A model generated the notes under the pieces. It was given only the letters and a program-made list of their open reading frames with translations, was not told the DNA's origin and did no database searches. From a virus (lineage: Duplodnaviria; Caudoviricetes), in IMG/VR virus record IMGVR_UViG_3300045968_000324, positions 1 to 31,741 of that record: a DNA stretch of 31,741 nucleotides. The stretch is one strand, 5' to 3'. The translations under genes and the position numbers were made by a program. Of this stretch, positions 13,254 through 23,357 are shown in pieces (the stretch's first letter is position 1; every line of letters begins with the position of its first letter).

Positions 13254-16200
13254 CTACGCGCCGCCGACCGTCGCCTCGAAGGCGATGCTGGAGATCTGGG
13301 CGCTCGCGTTCGAGCCGTCGTTGTTGGTGAACTCCACCGAGAGCTTGTCGTCATTCGCGAACGTCACGGAGTTCGTGGTGTCGGCGTAGACCCCCGCGCC
13401 AGCGGTCGCCGCCACCGTCGCGATCACCGCCGTATCCGCCGCGTTCTTCCGGATCGTCACGGTGAGCGACCCGCCGGCCGGCTGCGAGTTCGAGGTGTGG
13501 ACGCGGAGGTTCCTGATGGTGCGCGTGGTGGCGCCGCCGACCGTCATGACGATCTGCCGCGCGGTCTCCGAGGCGCTGTGCGTCGACACGGACGGCACGC
13601 CGAACGTCGTCGTCGCTGCCGCGACCGTGAGCCCCCCGTACACCTGGTAGTGCCAGTCGGCGATGGTGACGCCGGCCTTCTGGTACACGCCGGAGAGGTT
13701 GACCGACCCGGCGCCGGGGTCCGTCACGGAGGCCGGGAGGCCGACGATCAGCCCGCTCTTGAGCGCCATCGCCGTCGCCGTCGTCGTCGAGTTGATCGCC
13801 GTCGTCTGAAAGTCGATCCACGCGCTCTCGTCCACGCCGGAGACCCAGGCGTCGAGCGCCTTCAGCATGATGTGGGCGCGACCTGCCGACGAGTACGCCG
13901 AGCCGTTGTACCCGCGGGCCGTCATTTGAAGGATGATGTCGTCGGCCGCGAGGGCGTCCGGGCTGGCGTTCGTGTCGTTCGCGCGGCGGCCAGTGATCTG
14001 GCTCGCGGCGCCGAAGGATTCCATCTGGATGCGGTTGGCCTGGCCGTCCGCCTGGCAGAGGGCGACCATCTCGTCGCCGATGGGCGCCGGCGGGGCGATG
14101 GCGTTGGCGTTCTGCGACACCACGCCGAGCCGCGACACCGAGTAGCGCTCCAGCGAGCCCGACGTGCGCAGCGCCCGAATGAAGTAGCTGGCGCCCGTCG
14201 GCAGCGCGGTCTCTGTGAACTCCAGCAGGATGCCCGTCACGCCACCGGCGCCCGGCGTGCCGGCGCTGTAGTTGATCGTCGGGTTGATGAAGAGTCCGAC
14301 GCCCGCCATCGTTGAGGTCGCCGTCGGGGCGAACGTCGGCGCGATCTGGGTGGCGTAGGCGGTGCCGCCCGTGCCCGTGAAGGTCGACGTTGCCTTGAGC
14401 GTCACGGACGTTCCGGTGTTCTGGGCGTTCGAGGCCGTCGTCAGCGACAGCGCGGGCGAGCTGTTCTGGTTACCGACGTTGAAGGTGAGCGCCGTATCGC
14501 CGGACAGGCCGAGAGCCGCGCTCGAAGTCAGAATCACGTTGCCGGTCGCCGTGAGGCTGAAGACCACGGCGCCGGCCACCGAGTTGTGGACCTGGATCCG
14601 CGTCGCGCTGGAGACCTGATCGGCGCGGATCGACCAGCTCTTGGTCGGGTCCGTGCGATCGAAGAGCCTGATCCCGGCCGCGGCGCCCCGCGCCTGGATT
14701 GGCTCGTCGTCCGACGCGGACTCCGTGAGCGTGGCGCCGGCCAGGATGCGCGTGAAGCGCGCGGCCCGCTTCGTGTCGTTCTTGCGATACCAGCCCGCGT
14801 AGTGCGTGTTCGTGCCGGCGTCGTCGATCTGGTTCGCCTGCACGTTGTTGAAGAGGTGCGCGCCCTCGATGTAGGTGTCCTCGGCGCCCGCCGTGATCTG
14901 GATGCCCCACTGCTGCGTGGGTGCGCCCTGATCATCGCCTGCCGTGATGTCTCGGAGTACGGTGCCCTTGGCGAACGAGGCGACGCTGAACCCCTGCCGG
15001 TTCGTCGACACCGCGTCCTCGAAGCCGTTGCCAATGGCTACGCATCCGATGACGTGGTTGTCCCAGCCGCCGATGCCGATGCCGCCGAAGTGGTTGTAGG
15101 CGACGTACGAGCTGGACAGCACGTTGCGCTTGGAGAAGTTGGTGCCGCCACCGCCCGGCCCGCCGGCGATGTCGTTGTCGGCGCCGATGATGATGCCGGC
15201 GTCGCCGCGCTTGATGGACCGAATGTTGGTGAACGTGCAGTCCGACGACTGGCAGACGTTCAATCCCTCGAAGGACAGGCGCGTGTCGTCCCACGCGTAC
15301 AGATCGGTCACGGTGCAGCGGTCGGCGCGTCGGAGGACGACGGCCCAGCCGCCCTTGAACTCGGTGATCCCCCGGATGTCGTGGTGCGCGAGGAACCCGT
15401 AGGACTGCGTGGCGTTGTCGACGAAGACGAGGGTTGATCCCGGATTCGTGGCCAGCACGGGCGTGCCCTCGTTCGGCCCGGAGTACATGTCCCGCGAGAT
15501 GCTGCTGAGGTCGTGGAACTTCCCGTAGGTCGCGCCAATGACGTAGACCCCGATACTGCCGTACCAGAGGTCGAAGTGGACGTCGTGGACGTACGGGCGC
15601 GTGGTCGTGCCGACGAGCACGCCGGCGGCGATGCGGTGATTCGTGGTCAGGCCGTTGGACTTGAACGTCAGGTGACCCACCTCGCAGTCGGTCATGCCGT
15701 TGTCCATGACGATCGGGGCCTTGTTCGACGGCGTCGACGTGAACGTGTCGGCGTTGATGATCGTGAGCCCGATGCCCGACCCGAGGATGCGCTGGTTGCT
15801 CTTCAGGACGAAGATGTTGGCCGCGCCAGTCGAGTTGACCGTGATCGTGCCCACCGGAAGCAGGATCGTCAGCGGCTTCGTGATGCCACTGAGCACGTCC
15901 GTCGCGCTCACCGAGATCGTCTGCGTCCCCGTCGCGTCTCGCGCATCGACGATGCCGCCGGTCGACGGCAGCTCGATGGCGGCGGCCCGGATGCGCTGCC
16001 CCAGGTCGCCGGCCGTCAGGAACTTCTCGGAGGAGATCACGGTCGCCGTCGAATACGACGTGCTGGTCGCGCTCCCGTTGATGTCCATCCGCGCCAGCGA
16101 GACCACGCCATTCAACGTCTTGAAGTGGTAGAAGTCCCCAGTCGGAGACGTGTCCGTGAACCGCCAGATCGAGAGGCCCGTGACGTTGTTCGCGCCGAGG

Positions 16201-16409
16201 ATGGACGAGTAACATCCCGCGTCCACCGGCAGCGCGGCGTTGAGCCCGAGCGACTTCGAGAAGAAGAGCTTCGTCGGCGACGAGGCGGCGAAGACGACGA
16301 CGGTTCCGACCTCGCCCCCGGTGACCTCGTGCGTGCCCGTCGTCGCGTGATACTCCGCGGCGCTGATCGGGAGCGTTTGCACGACGTGCTTGAAGATGAC
16401 GTCCGCCAC
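13254..16409 (-). CDS. Tail spike/fibre with central pectate-lyase-like beta-helix (putative polysaccharide depolymerase)
   Basis: IRAAAIELPSTGGIV...ILLPVG...LKSNQRILGSGIGLTII opening of a Pectate_lyase_3-like fold, then Asn/Gly-rich rungs, a fibre shaft and a C-terminal beta domain. Confidence 0.85.
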   Translation of the reverse strand: MADVIFKHVVQTLPISAAEYHATTGTHEVTGGEVGTVVVFAASSPTKLFFSKSLGLNAALPVDAGCYSSILGANNVTGLSIWRFTDTSPTGDFYHFKTLNGVVSLARMDINGSATSTSYSTATVISSEKFLTAGDLGQRIRAAAIELPSTGGIVDARDATGTQTISVSATDVLSGITKPLTILLPVGTITVNSTGAANIFVLKSNQRILGSGIGLTIINADTFTSTPSNKAPIVMDNGMTDCEVGHLTFKSNGLTTNHRIAAGVLVGTTTRPYVHDVHFDLWYGSIGVYVIGATYGKFHDLSSISRDMYSGPNEGTPVLATNPGSTLVFVDNATQSYGFLAHHDIRGITEFKGGWAVVLRRADRCTVTDLYAWDDTRLSFEGLNVCQSSDCTFTNIRSIKRGDAGIIIGADNDIAGGPGGGGTNFSKRNVLSSSYVAYNHFGGIGIGGWDNHVIGCVAIGNGFEDAVSTNRQGFSVASFAKGTVLRDITAGDDQGAPTQQWGIQITAGAEDTYIEGAHLFNNVQANQIDDAGTNTHYAGWYRKNDTKRAARFTRILAGATLTESASDDEPIQARGAAAGIRLFDRTDPTKSWSIRADQVSSATRIQVHNSVAGAVVFSLTATGNVILTSSAALGLSGDTALTFNVGNQNSSPALSLTTASNAQNTGTSVTLKATSTFTGTGGTAYATQIAPTFAPTATSTMAGVGLFINPTINYSAGTPGAGGVTGILLEFTETALPTGASYFIRALRTSGSLERYSVSRLGVVSQNANAIAPPAPIGDEMVALCQADGQANRIQMESFGAASQITGRRANDTNASPDALAADDIILQMTARGYNGSAYSSAGRAHIMLKALDAWVSGVDESAWIDFQTTAINSTTTATAMALKSGLIVGLPASVTDPGAGSVNLSGVYQKAGVTIADWHYQVYGGLTVAAATTTFGVPSVSTHSASETARQIVMTVGGATTRTIRNLRVHTSNSQPAGGSLTVTIRKNAADTAVIATVAATAGAGVYADTTNSVTFANDDKLSVEFTNNDGSNASAQISSIAFEATVGGA

Positions 16410-17255
16410 CTAGGCCACCTCCTCCCACTCGAAGCTCACGTCGTCCGCCGGGAACTGCACACTGCGCCGCGCAGAGACATGGCGGAGGAGGGCGACGGCA
16501 TAGGGGTTGTCAGGGAACGGGGCGACCAGCGCGCGGCCGGCCGCCTTCCAGCGGCGCTCGAAGGCTATCCACTCGGCGACCCCGTCGGCCAGCAGGGTGC
16601 CCGTCGCCGCGCCGTTGCTGGCCACCCGCACGAGCGCGTTGCGCGTGCCGGTGAGGCGCGCATACTCTGGACCCATCAGGAGGGATTGCGAGCCGCCGCC
16701 CAGCGAGCGCGAGATGATGATCGGCTGCGTCGGCGTCGGATCGAAGCCCCACCGGAAGTTCCGGATCGTCGTCAGCGGACACACGAGAAACGCCCCCAGG
16801 CGGAACGCGGTCGGGAGATCGGTCTGGTTCGCGATCCCGGTCACGGGCGTCTGCTCCGGAATCACGATGCGCCAGAATCGCCGCGTCACCGTCGACGTCG
16901 GGGCGTGCCAGAGGCAGAGGCGGCCATTCAGCGGGCTTTCGCCGATCGTGAGCACCGCTGATTTGTAGTTGGGCTCCCCGCCCCCCCCGGAGTCGAAGGT
17001 GTTCGCGTCGTCGGCCCAGATCTGGACGCTGGCGAAATTCGTGTACAAGAGCGCCCACCACTGCACGGCCTTCGCGCTGCCGAGGTCCATGCTGATGAGC
17101 TGCAGCGTCGCGGCCGTGCTCTTCCAGGGAATATCCGGCGACGCGGGGTCCTGGATGTTCGTGATGGGATAGCCGGCGGCCTGGCTGCTCACGTTGTAGA
17201 TGGTCGCGGCCTGAACCCAGTCCGTCGTGACCGTGGCGCGGAGATCCACGGTCAT
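16410..17255 (-). CDS. Distal tail (Dit-like) protein with discoidin/galactose-binding-like insertion (281 aa)
   Basis: ATG 17255 in an ATGA overlap with the TMP stop; SSQAAGYPITNIQD...WKS...MDLGSAK...RRFWRIVI; real start lies inside track ORF 16410..19094. Confidence 0.8.
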   Translation of the reverse strand: MTVDLRATVTTDWVQAATIYNVSSQAAGYPITNIQDPASPDIPWKSTAATLQLISMDLGSAKAVQWWALLYTNFASVQIWADDANTFDSGGGGEPNYKSAVLTIGESPLNGRLCLWHAPTSTVTRRFWRIVIPEQTPVTGIANQTDLPTAFRLGAFLVCPLTTIRNFRWGFDPTPTQPIIISRSLGGGSQSLLMGPEYARLTGTRNALVRVASNGAATGTLLADGVAEWIAFERRWKAAGRALVAPFPDNPYAVALLRHVSARRSVQFPADDVSFEWEEVA

Positions 17256-20200
17256 CGGCGCGACCCCTTGTGGTGGCCCGTCTTCTCCATCACAACCTCG
17301 TAGAGCCGGCCGCCGCTCCGGAAGTCGCGTTCCACGCGCGCGAGGAACTTCTGGTACATCTCCTCGTCGCTCTTGGCCCCGACGAACGCCCCGGGCGCGA
17401 CGGTGAAGGTCACGTGGACGTCGCCACTCGAAGCTGATGGCGCGGCCATCGGCGCCAGGACCGTGCCGCCGCCATCGGACTTCATCCCGCGCCACACCTC
17501 GGCGTCCTCGGGATTCAGCACCGCCTCGCCGCGATGGAGCATCGCGAGACCGCCCGGCGTGTAGTCCGTGCCGAGCGCGTGCTGCGGAATCGTGTTGAAA
17601 ATGTCCGTCAGCCGGTCGCGGATGATCACCAGCGCGTCGTAGGCGTCCTTCTGGATCCTGGCCAGGAACGCGAGCGGCGAATCGCCGCCGGTGACCTCGC
17701 GCATCAGTTGGTTTTGTCGCTCCAGCAGGATGCCGGTGAGGGCCGCCTGCTCCGTCGCGATGAGGGCCAGGGCCTCGGCCAGCCCCTTCTTGATGCCCTC
17801 GATTTCCTTGTCCGCCGCGGCGTTGATCGCGGCGACCTGGGCGGCCTCGGCGGCGCGGATGGCCTCGATGTTGGCGTCGCGCTGCTGCTCGATCGCGCGC
17901 ACGGCGTCGGCCGTGTTCCGCTCGATCTCGCGATTCATGGCCTCGAGGCCCTTGTTCGCCTCGGTCAGCGCGGCGATCTGCTCGTCGATGGATTGCAGGC
18001 TCGCCGCCGCGCTCTCCTCCGGCGTGACCCGCGCCGCCGCGGCGGCCTTGACGGCCTCGAGCTTGCCCACCATCTCGTCGAAGAACGCCTCCCACTTCGG
18101 GCCGGGGCGACGCATGACGTCCGTGCCGGCGGCCAGCGCGGCCTGGATGGCCTGCTGCACGGCCGCGGCGTTCTCGGGCGTGGCGTTGGCGGCGAAGGCG
18201 GCCTCCGCGGCCCGGACATTGCTCAGCGCGAACGCGAGTCGATCGGCCGGGCCCAGCGGCGAGGTTCCGCCGAGCTTGAGGTCGGCGATCATCTTGTCGA
18301 TGTCCTCGACCACGCGCGCCCACTCGCGCGAGAGCCGGATGTTCTCCTCGATGGTCCGGCGCTGCTCGCGGAGCGCGTCCATCTCCAGGTTGTTCGCCTC
18401 GATCTGGAGGCGGTTGGCTTCCATCGCGGCGTCGGCGGCGGCACGCGCAGCGGCGATGGCCTGGTCGGCGCGCTCCTGCTCCATCCGGATCAGAGCCTCG
18501 GTGTTCGCGCGCGCGGCGTTGAGCGATGCCGTCCGCCACGCCTCGACACCGGCGATCAGCCCGTTCGCGAGGTTCGTCAACGACGCCGCGCCCGTCTGGA
18601 GGATCTGGAGCGCACCCTCCAGGTTGCCGGACGCCTTCGCCTCGTTGAACATCGTCCCGAAGGTCGTGAGCGCCGGGATGGCGGCCTGCACGGCGATCCC
18701 GATGCCCTCGCTGAGCATCTGGGCGCTCGAGCCGCCCTGGCCCGGCGCGAGCCCCGCGAGCTTCGCGAAGAGCGCCGGCAGCGCGGCGGTGATCGCCTGG
18801 AGCGCCGCGGCGGCCGCGAAGAGCCGGACGGAGGCGTTCTCGGCGCTCGTCGCGACGTGGTTGAGCATCGTGACCAGCGTCCCGATTGGTCCCGCGTTGC
18901 CGATGTCGAGCGACGTCAGCGCGGACGTGATCGCGTTCGACAGGAAGTTGCTGCCGAAGGTGTCGAGCAGCCGGTCGATCTCGGCCTGGATCTCCTGGAC
19001 GAGCCGCTTCTCCAGCGCGTACTTCTCGAGGATGGCCTTTTCGAGCGCGGCGCCCGCGGTCGCCAACTCCTCGCTCGTCATCGCCTCGGCCCATCGGCTC
19101 GTGGCGTCCTGGACGGCCTGCGTCGCCAGGGCCATTGAGAGCCGGATAGCCTGGAGCGCGCCCTCCATTCGCGTGTTCATGTCGAGCGACATGGCGGCGA
19201 TCGTGGCGCCGAGTCTGACGTACTGCTGCGACAGCGCCGCCACCGCGGCGATTTCCTTGGTGAGCGCTTCGAGCTCTTCCTTCGTCGTGTTGGCGTTGCC
19301 GGCAAGCTCGACGAGCTTTTGGCGGAGCGGGGCGACGAGGTTCGCCGCGAACGCCTCCGCGATGCCGCCGAGGGCCAGTTTTGCGGCGTCCCCGATGAAC
19401 CCGTCGATCAGGCTCGCGAGGCCCGCAAGTTGCGTCAACCGCTCCCCGATCGCCGGGAGCGACTCCTCGAACTTCTTGATGTCCTCGGCGGTTGCGCTGG
19501 CCGAGGACACGAGGCGTTCAAACTCTTCGCGGATCGCCTTGATGGGGCCGTTGACGAAGGCGGCCGCGACATCATCCGGCAGCGCCTTGCGGGCGGCGTC
19601 GGCGAATTCGACGCTGATCGTGTTCCGCATCGCGTCGAGCATCGTGTTGATGCCGGCCTGAAACTGGTCGATGAACGGGCCGAAGTTGAACGCCAGCCCC
19701 CCTTCGTGCTGGGTGCCGGTGGCGCCGGGGATGCCGGGCACCTGGAACGGCCCGAGCCCAGCCGTGGCCGCGAAGAAGCCGCCGACGCCCGCCTGGTCCT
19801 CGATCGAGTGCCGAAAGTCCTCGATGGACTTGGCGACACCGGCGAGGTCGACGGCTTCGGACAGTTGGTTGCCGAACGCCGTGACGGCCTCACCCTCCTT
19901 CGTCAGCGTCTCCGAGAGCCGCGTCGAGAACGAGAGCCAGCGCTCGGACGCCTTGCTGAAGACGCCGGTGAACTCGAGGACAAAGCCAGTGATCGCCAGC
20001 CCCGCGGCGGCCAGCCAGCCGTAGGGGCCGCCGAAGATCGCGGCGGCAGCGGCGGCAGCCAACAGTGCCGACTGCACGGCCTTGCCGGCGTCCGTGATGT
20101 CCTTCCGCATCGCGGTCAGGGCGATGCCCACCGCGGCCGCGACGGCGGTGAAGCTCGCGGCGGCGGTGCTCATCTTCCCGACGTTGGCGGCGACGCCCGC

Positions 20201-22513
20201 AGCGTTGAAGGCCTCGCCGAGCGTGCCGCCGGACCGCAGCGCGAGCGCGAAGGTCTGCCCCGCGGCCACGACGGAGTCGAAGACGGTGACGAGTTTGCCG
20301 CCGATGCCGATCAGCGTGTTGCCGAAGCCGGCCAGCGCCATGACGTCGGTTCCGCCGGCCAGGCCGGCGCCGCCGAGGGTAAACGTGCCCTCACCGAGCG
20401 GGTCCGTCATCGTGACACCGCCGCCGCCGAGCGCCGCAGCCACCGCGCCTCCGCCACTCGTCGCGAGCCTTGCGCTCCCCGTGAACACGGAGATCAGCGC
20501 GTCGATCACCGGCTCGATGGCGCGCTTGAGGAGTCGGTTGATCAGCTCGGCGGCGATCGAGTTGATGACCTGCATCGCGATGTCGCCGAACGACTTCCAC
20601 GTCAGGGTCCCCTGCTGGAGGCCCTTGACGACCTGGTCGATGCCTTGCGTGATCGAGCCGAAGATGTCGCGCCAGAAGTCGCGGGCGTTCGCAAGATCGG
20701 ACAAGCGATCGAACTCGGCCTTGAGGCGCACCACCTCCGGCGTGATCCCCCCCGCCGCGTTCGCCACCGCGAGCATCCGCGCCCGCACCGCGTCGAGGCT
20801 GGCCCCGAGCGCATCGAAGCTCGGGCCGAGCAGCTGCGACTGGAGGTTGATCGACGTGAAGACCGCATCGACGGCCCGCGCGGCGTTCGTGATGTCCACG
20901 ATCGCCATCTGCTCGTCATGCAACGCCTGCTGCACGTTCTCGGCGTGCTGCACCCACTGGGCGTCAGACATCGCGAGCGTCTTCGCTTCCTCCGCCCGCG
21001 CGCGATTGTTGATCTCCACCTCGGCCATCTGGCTCTCGTGGAGGAGCGCCAGGCGCGCGTCGATGTGCGCCACCCACTCGGCGTCGCTCAGCGCGAGCAT
21101 CTGCTGTTCGTGCTGGCGCGCCTTGTTGGTGATCTCGACCTCGGCCTCGAGGGCGCGCGTCGACTCGGCGATGATGGCCTCTGCCGAGTCGACGTGCATT
21201 TTGAGGATCTGCTCGCCCAGCTTCTTGATCTCGGCAGCCGACATGGCGGCGTTCTTCGGGAGGTTGCCGAGCGGATTCGTGCCGAGTTTGCTCAGCTCCT
21301 TCTGCGATTCAGTGGTGCCCTTGGCGCTATCGTTGAAGCGATCGAGGGCGTCACGGGCTTCCTGGAATCGCGTCGTGGCCGCGCTCATCGCCGCCTCACC
21401 CGCGGCGAAGGCTTTCGTCATGTTCGGAAGCCGGCCATTCGCGAGGTCGTCGGCGAGGCTCCCATAGAAGGCCGTAATGTTGGCCAGGGGGACCATCACC
21501 GCCGCGAGGCCGACGCCGATGATGGCGATCTCTCTAAACGTCTCTTTGATCGTCGGCCCGATCGTTTTCTCTAGGACGGTGCCGACCGGACGAAGCACCT
21601 CGAGCGCACCCTCCCACGTCGCCTTCCAGATCTTGCCGAGCTCGGTCAGCGCAGGCCCCATCGTCCCGATCTCGCGGCCAATCTTTTGAATCCACTCCAG
21701 GATGGCCGCCGCCACGGTATTGAGGAGCTCCCCGAACGACTCCTGCGTTTCCTTCCACGCCACCTGGAGCCGCTTGACCGATTCGGCGTGGAGGTTGTTG
21801 ACGCCCGTCAGGCTGTCGACGACGGGCTTGGCCTTCGCCATCGCCTCGGTGTGGATGGCTTGCGCTCGCTGCGCGTCCGTGAGCTGGTCGACCTCGACGC
21901 CCAGCGCCGCCGCGTACTTCTTCGCCGCCTCCGTCGCGTCGACCTGGATGCCGACCATCTGGAGGGCCCGCGTTCGACCCGTCGCCGCGGCTTGCGCGAA
22001 CGCGTCGAACGCGGCCTTGACGTCGCCCCCGAAGAGCTTCGAGAGCTGGCGCGCCGCCTCCATCATCTCGATGATCTGCTTCGGCTGGAGGCCCTCGATC
22101 AGCGCTTTCGAGGCCGCCTGCATCGCGTCCTCGATGTCGAGCAGCCCGTCAGAGGCCTTCATCAGTTGCTCGGCCAGCGCCTCGCCATTGACGCCAATCG
22201 CCTTCGTCAGCGCCATGAAGGAGGCCTGTTGCATCTCGGCCTCGCGCGCCATCCGCGAGGCCTCCAGCACGTAGTCCTTGATGGCGACGACCGCCTGCTG
22301 GAAGACGTTCGCGAGGTTGACGCCCGTGAAGACCTCGAACACACGCTTCGCCGTGTCGCGGAGGCCGGAGAGCTCGCGGCTCGCGGCCGCGGCTCCGCCC
22401 GCGACGACTGAATGGAGTTTCGCCCCTGACTGCGCGACGGCCTCGAGCGCTCGGGCCGCTTCGGCGGGCCCGCTCGCCACGACTCGGATAACAACCGTGC
22501 CTTCGTTCGCCAC
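17252..22513 (-). CDS. Tail tape measure protein (1753 aa)
   Basis: Longest ORF, Ala-rich helical, follows the chaperones; C-terminal PQHALGTDYTPGGLAMLHRGEAVL motif; hydrophobic central segment. Confidence 0.95.
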   Translation of the reverse strand: MANEGTVVIRVVASGPAEAARALEAVAQSGAKLHSVVAGGAAAASRELSGLRDTAKRVFEVFTGVNLANVFQQAVVAIKDYVLEASRMAREAEMQQASFMALTKAIGVNGEALAEQLMKASDGLLDIEDAMQAASKALIEGLQPKQIIEMMEAARQLSKLFGGDVKAAFDAFAQAAATGRTRALQMVGIQVDATEAAKKYAAALGVEVDQLTDAQRAQAIHTEAMAKAKPVVDSLTGVNNLHAESVKRLQVAWKETQESFGELLNTVAAAILEWIQKIGREIGTMGPALTELGKIWKATWEGALEVLRPVGTVLEKTIGPTIKETFREIAIIGVGLAAVMVPLANITAFYGSLADDLANGRLPNMTKAFAAGEAAMSAATTRFQEARDALDRFNDSAKGTTESQKELSKLGTNPLGNLPKNAAMSAAEIKKLGEQILKMHVDSAEAIIAESTRALEAEVEITNKARQHEQQMLALSDAEWVAHIDARLALLHESQMAEVEINNRARAEEAKTLAMSDAQWVQHAENVQQALHDEQMAIVDITNAARAVDAVFTSINLQSQLLGPSFDALGASLDAVRARMLAVANAAGGITPEVVRLKAEFDRLSDLANARDFWRDIFGSITQGIDQVVKGLQQGTLTWKSFGDIAMQVINSIAAELINRLLKRAIEPVIDALISVFTGSARLATSGGGAVAAALGGGGVTMTDPLGEGTFTLGGAGLAGGTDVMALAGFGNTLIGIGGKLVTVFDSVVAAGQTFALALRSGGTLGEAFNAAGVAANVGKMSTAAASFTAVAAAVGIALTAMRKDITDAGKAVQSALLAAAAAAAIFGGPYGWLAAAGLAITGFVLEFTGVFSKASERWLSFSTRLSETLTKEGEAVTAFGNQLSEAVDLAGVAKSIEDFRHSIEDQAGVGGFFAATAGLGPFQVPGIPGATGTQHEGGLAFNFGPFIDQFQAGINTMLDAMRNTISVEFADAARKALPDDVAAAFVNGPIKAIREEFERLVSSASATAEDIKKFEESLPAIGERLTQLAGLASLIDGFIGDAAKLALGGIAEAFAANLVAPLRQKLVELAGNANTTKEELEALTKEIAAVAALSQQYVRLGATIAAMSLDMNTRMEGALQAIRLSMALATQAVQDATSRWAEAMTSEELATAGAALEKAILEKYALEKRLVQEIQAEIDRLLDTFGSNFLSNAITSALTSLDIGNAGPIGTLVTMLNHVATSAENASVRLFAAAAALQAITAALPALFAKLAGLAPGQGGSSAQMLSEGIGIAVQAAIPALTTFGTMFNEAKASGNLEGALQILQTGAASLTNLANGLIAGVEAWRTASLNAARANTEALIRMEQERADQAIAAARAAADAAMEANRLQIEANNLEMDALREQRRTIEENIRLSREWARVVEDIDKMIADLKLGGTSPLGPADRLAFALSNVRAAEAAFAANATPENAAAVQQAIQAALAAGTDVMRRPGPKWEAFFDEMVGKLEAVKAAAAARVTPEESAAASLQSIDEQIAALTEANKGLEAMNREIERNTADAVRAIEQQRDANIEAIRAAEAAQVAAINAAADKEIEGIKKGLAEALALIATEQAALTGILLERQNQLMREVTGGDSPLAFLARIQKDAYDALVIIRDRLTDIFNTIPQHALGTDYTPGGLAMLHRGEAVLNPEDAEVWRGMKSDGGGTVLAPMAAPSASSGDVHVTFTVAPGAFVGAKSDEEMYQKFLARVERDFRSGGRLYEVVMEKTGHHKGSRR
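20876..21145 (-). repeat. 40-aa (120-bp) tandem repeat, ~2.3 copies, in the TMP
   Basis: AEVEITNKAR...LALSDAEWVAH...LHESQM / AEVEINNRAR...LAMSDAQWVQH...LHDEQM / AIVDITNAAR. Confidence 0.85.
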
Positions 22514-22926
22514 TACCGCACCCGCGCCTCGTCTCGCGCCCGGGCGAGTTCCTCGGGCGTGAGCCGGCCCGTCTGCGCCATGCCCAGCGACTCGTACTCT
22601 CGGGCGAGGGTCATGGAGTCCTCGACCAGGTCGTGCTCGTGGCGCTCCTCGGCGTCGTCCTCATCCGATGGCTTCGGCTGCCAGCGCGGGTCGTACGGCT
22701 TCGGCTCGCGGCCGATGACGTCGCTGAGGGATGGACGGGCGTCCTGCGACCACATGCCCGTGCGGAGCGCGTGGCGCGCGAGAATGTCCCAGAGCAGCTC
22801 GTGGCGGTACGCGACGCCCGCGAGCATGGCCTCGACCTCGCCCGGCGTGCAGCGGTCGAATTCCCACGGCTTGAGACCGAGGAGCCCGAGCGCGACGGGC
22901 TCGGTCTCCTCGATCCAGGCGTCCAC
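22513..22926 (-). CDS. Tail assembly chaperone, second (gpT-like) part; probably expressed as a -1 frameshift fusion
   Basis: LGLKPWEFDRCTPGEV is typical of gpT-like domains; frame is -1 to the upstream ORF and open from 23025. Confidence 0.8.
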   Translation of the reverse strand: MDAWIEETEPVALGLLGLKPWEFDRCTPGEVEAMLAGVAYRHELLWDILARHALRTGMWSQDARPSLSDVIGREPKPYDPRWQPKPSDEDDAEERHEHDLVEDSMTLAREYESLGMAQTGRLTPEELARARDEARVR

Positions 22927-22949
22927 GTCGATCCCCTGAAGCTCGCGAA

Positions 22950-23357
22950 CTAGTCGCCCCTCGGAGGGCTCGCCATCGCCAGCGTAGGGCGCGGTCGCTC
23001 CTCCTCGGAACGATCGGGTGACACCTCACGGACGCATCGGGCCTCGATGAGCGCGTCGACGAGCGCCTTCGCGATGCCGTGGAGCGAGTCGTGGGCCTCG
23101 AGGTGGGCGTCCATCCAGGACCAGAGCTTTTCCTCGGAGATCTTCTCCTCGAGGCCGTGCCGGAGGAAGATCACGATGCCGTCGCGGTCGTTCTGCTCCT
23201 CGATCAGCCTCGCGGCGCCGTCGATCTGGAGCTTGTGTTGCACGAGGCCCACCTGCATGTGGGCTTGCAGCTCGTTCGTCGCGCGCTGCGCCGACTTGCT
23301 GCTGAAGCGGAGATACCGGACCTTGCCGCCGAGCTCGACCGGAATGGACTTCGCCAT
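22950..23357 (-). CDS. Tail assembly chaperone (gpG-like)
   Basis: AAGGAGG SD; VELGGKVRYLRFS N-terminus; position between tube and TMP. Confidence 0.85.
   Translation of the reverse strand: MAKSIPVELGGKVRYLRFSSKSAQRATNELQAHMQVGLVQHKLQIDGAARLIEEQNDRDGIVIFLRHGLEEKISEEKLWSWMDAHLEAHDSLHGIAKALVDALIEARCVREVSPDRSEEERPRPTLAMASPPRGD

Noticed and set aside
10233-16409. Diversity-generating retroelement or invertible tail-fibre system
   Set aside because: No reverse transcriptase or invertase in the window, and no duplicated ~100-bp TR/VR pair or inverted crossover sites seen by eye; a self-dotplot would be decisive
16981-16988. C8 (G8 on coding strand) homopolymer in the Dit gene as a phase-variation tract
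   Set aside because: Short, encodes a Gly linker in a probably essential gene, and is unremarkable at this GC content
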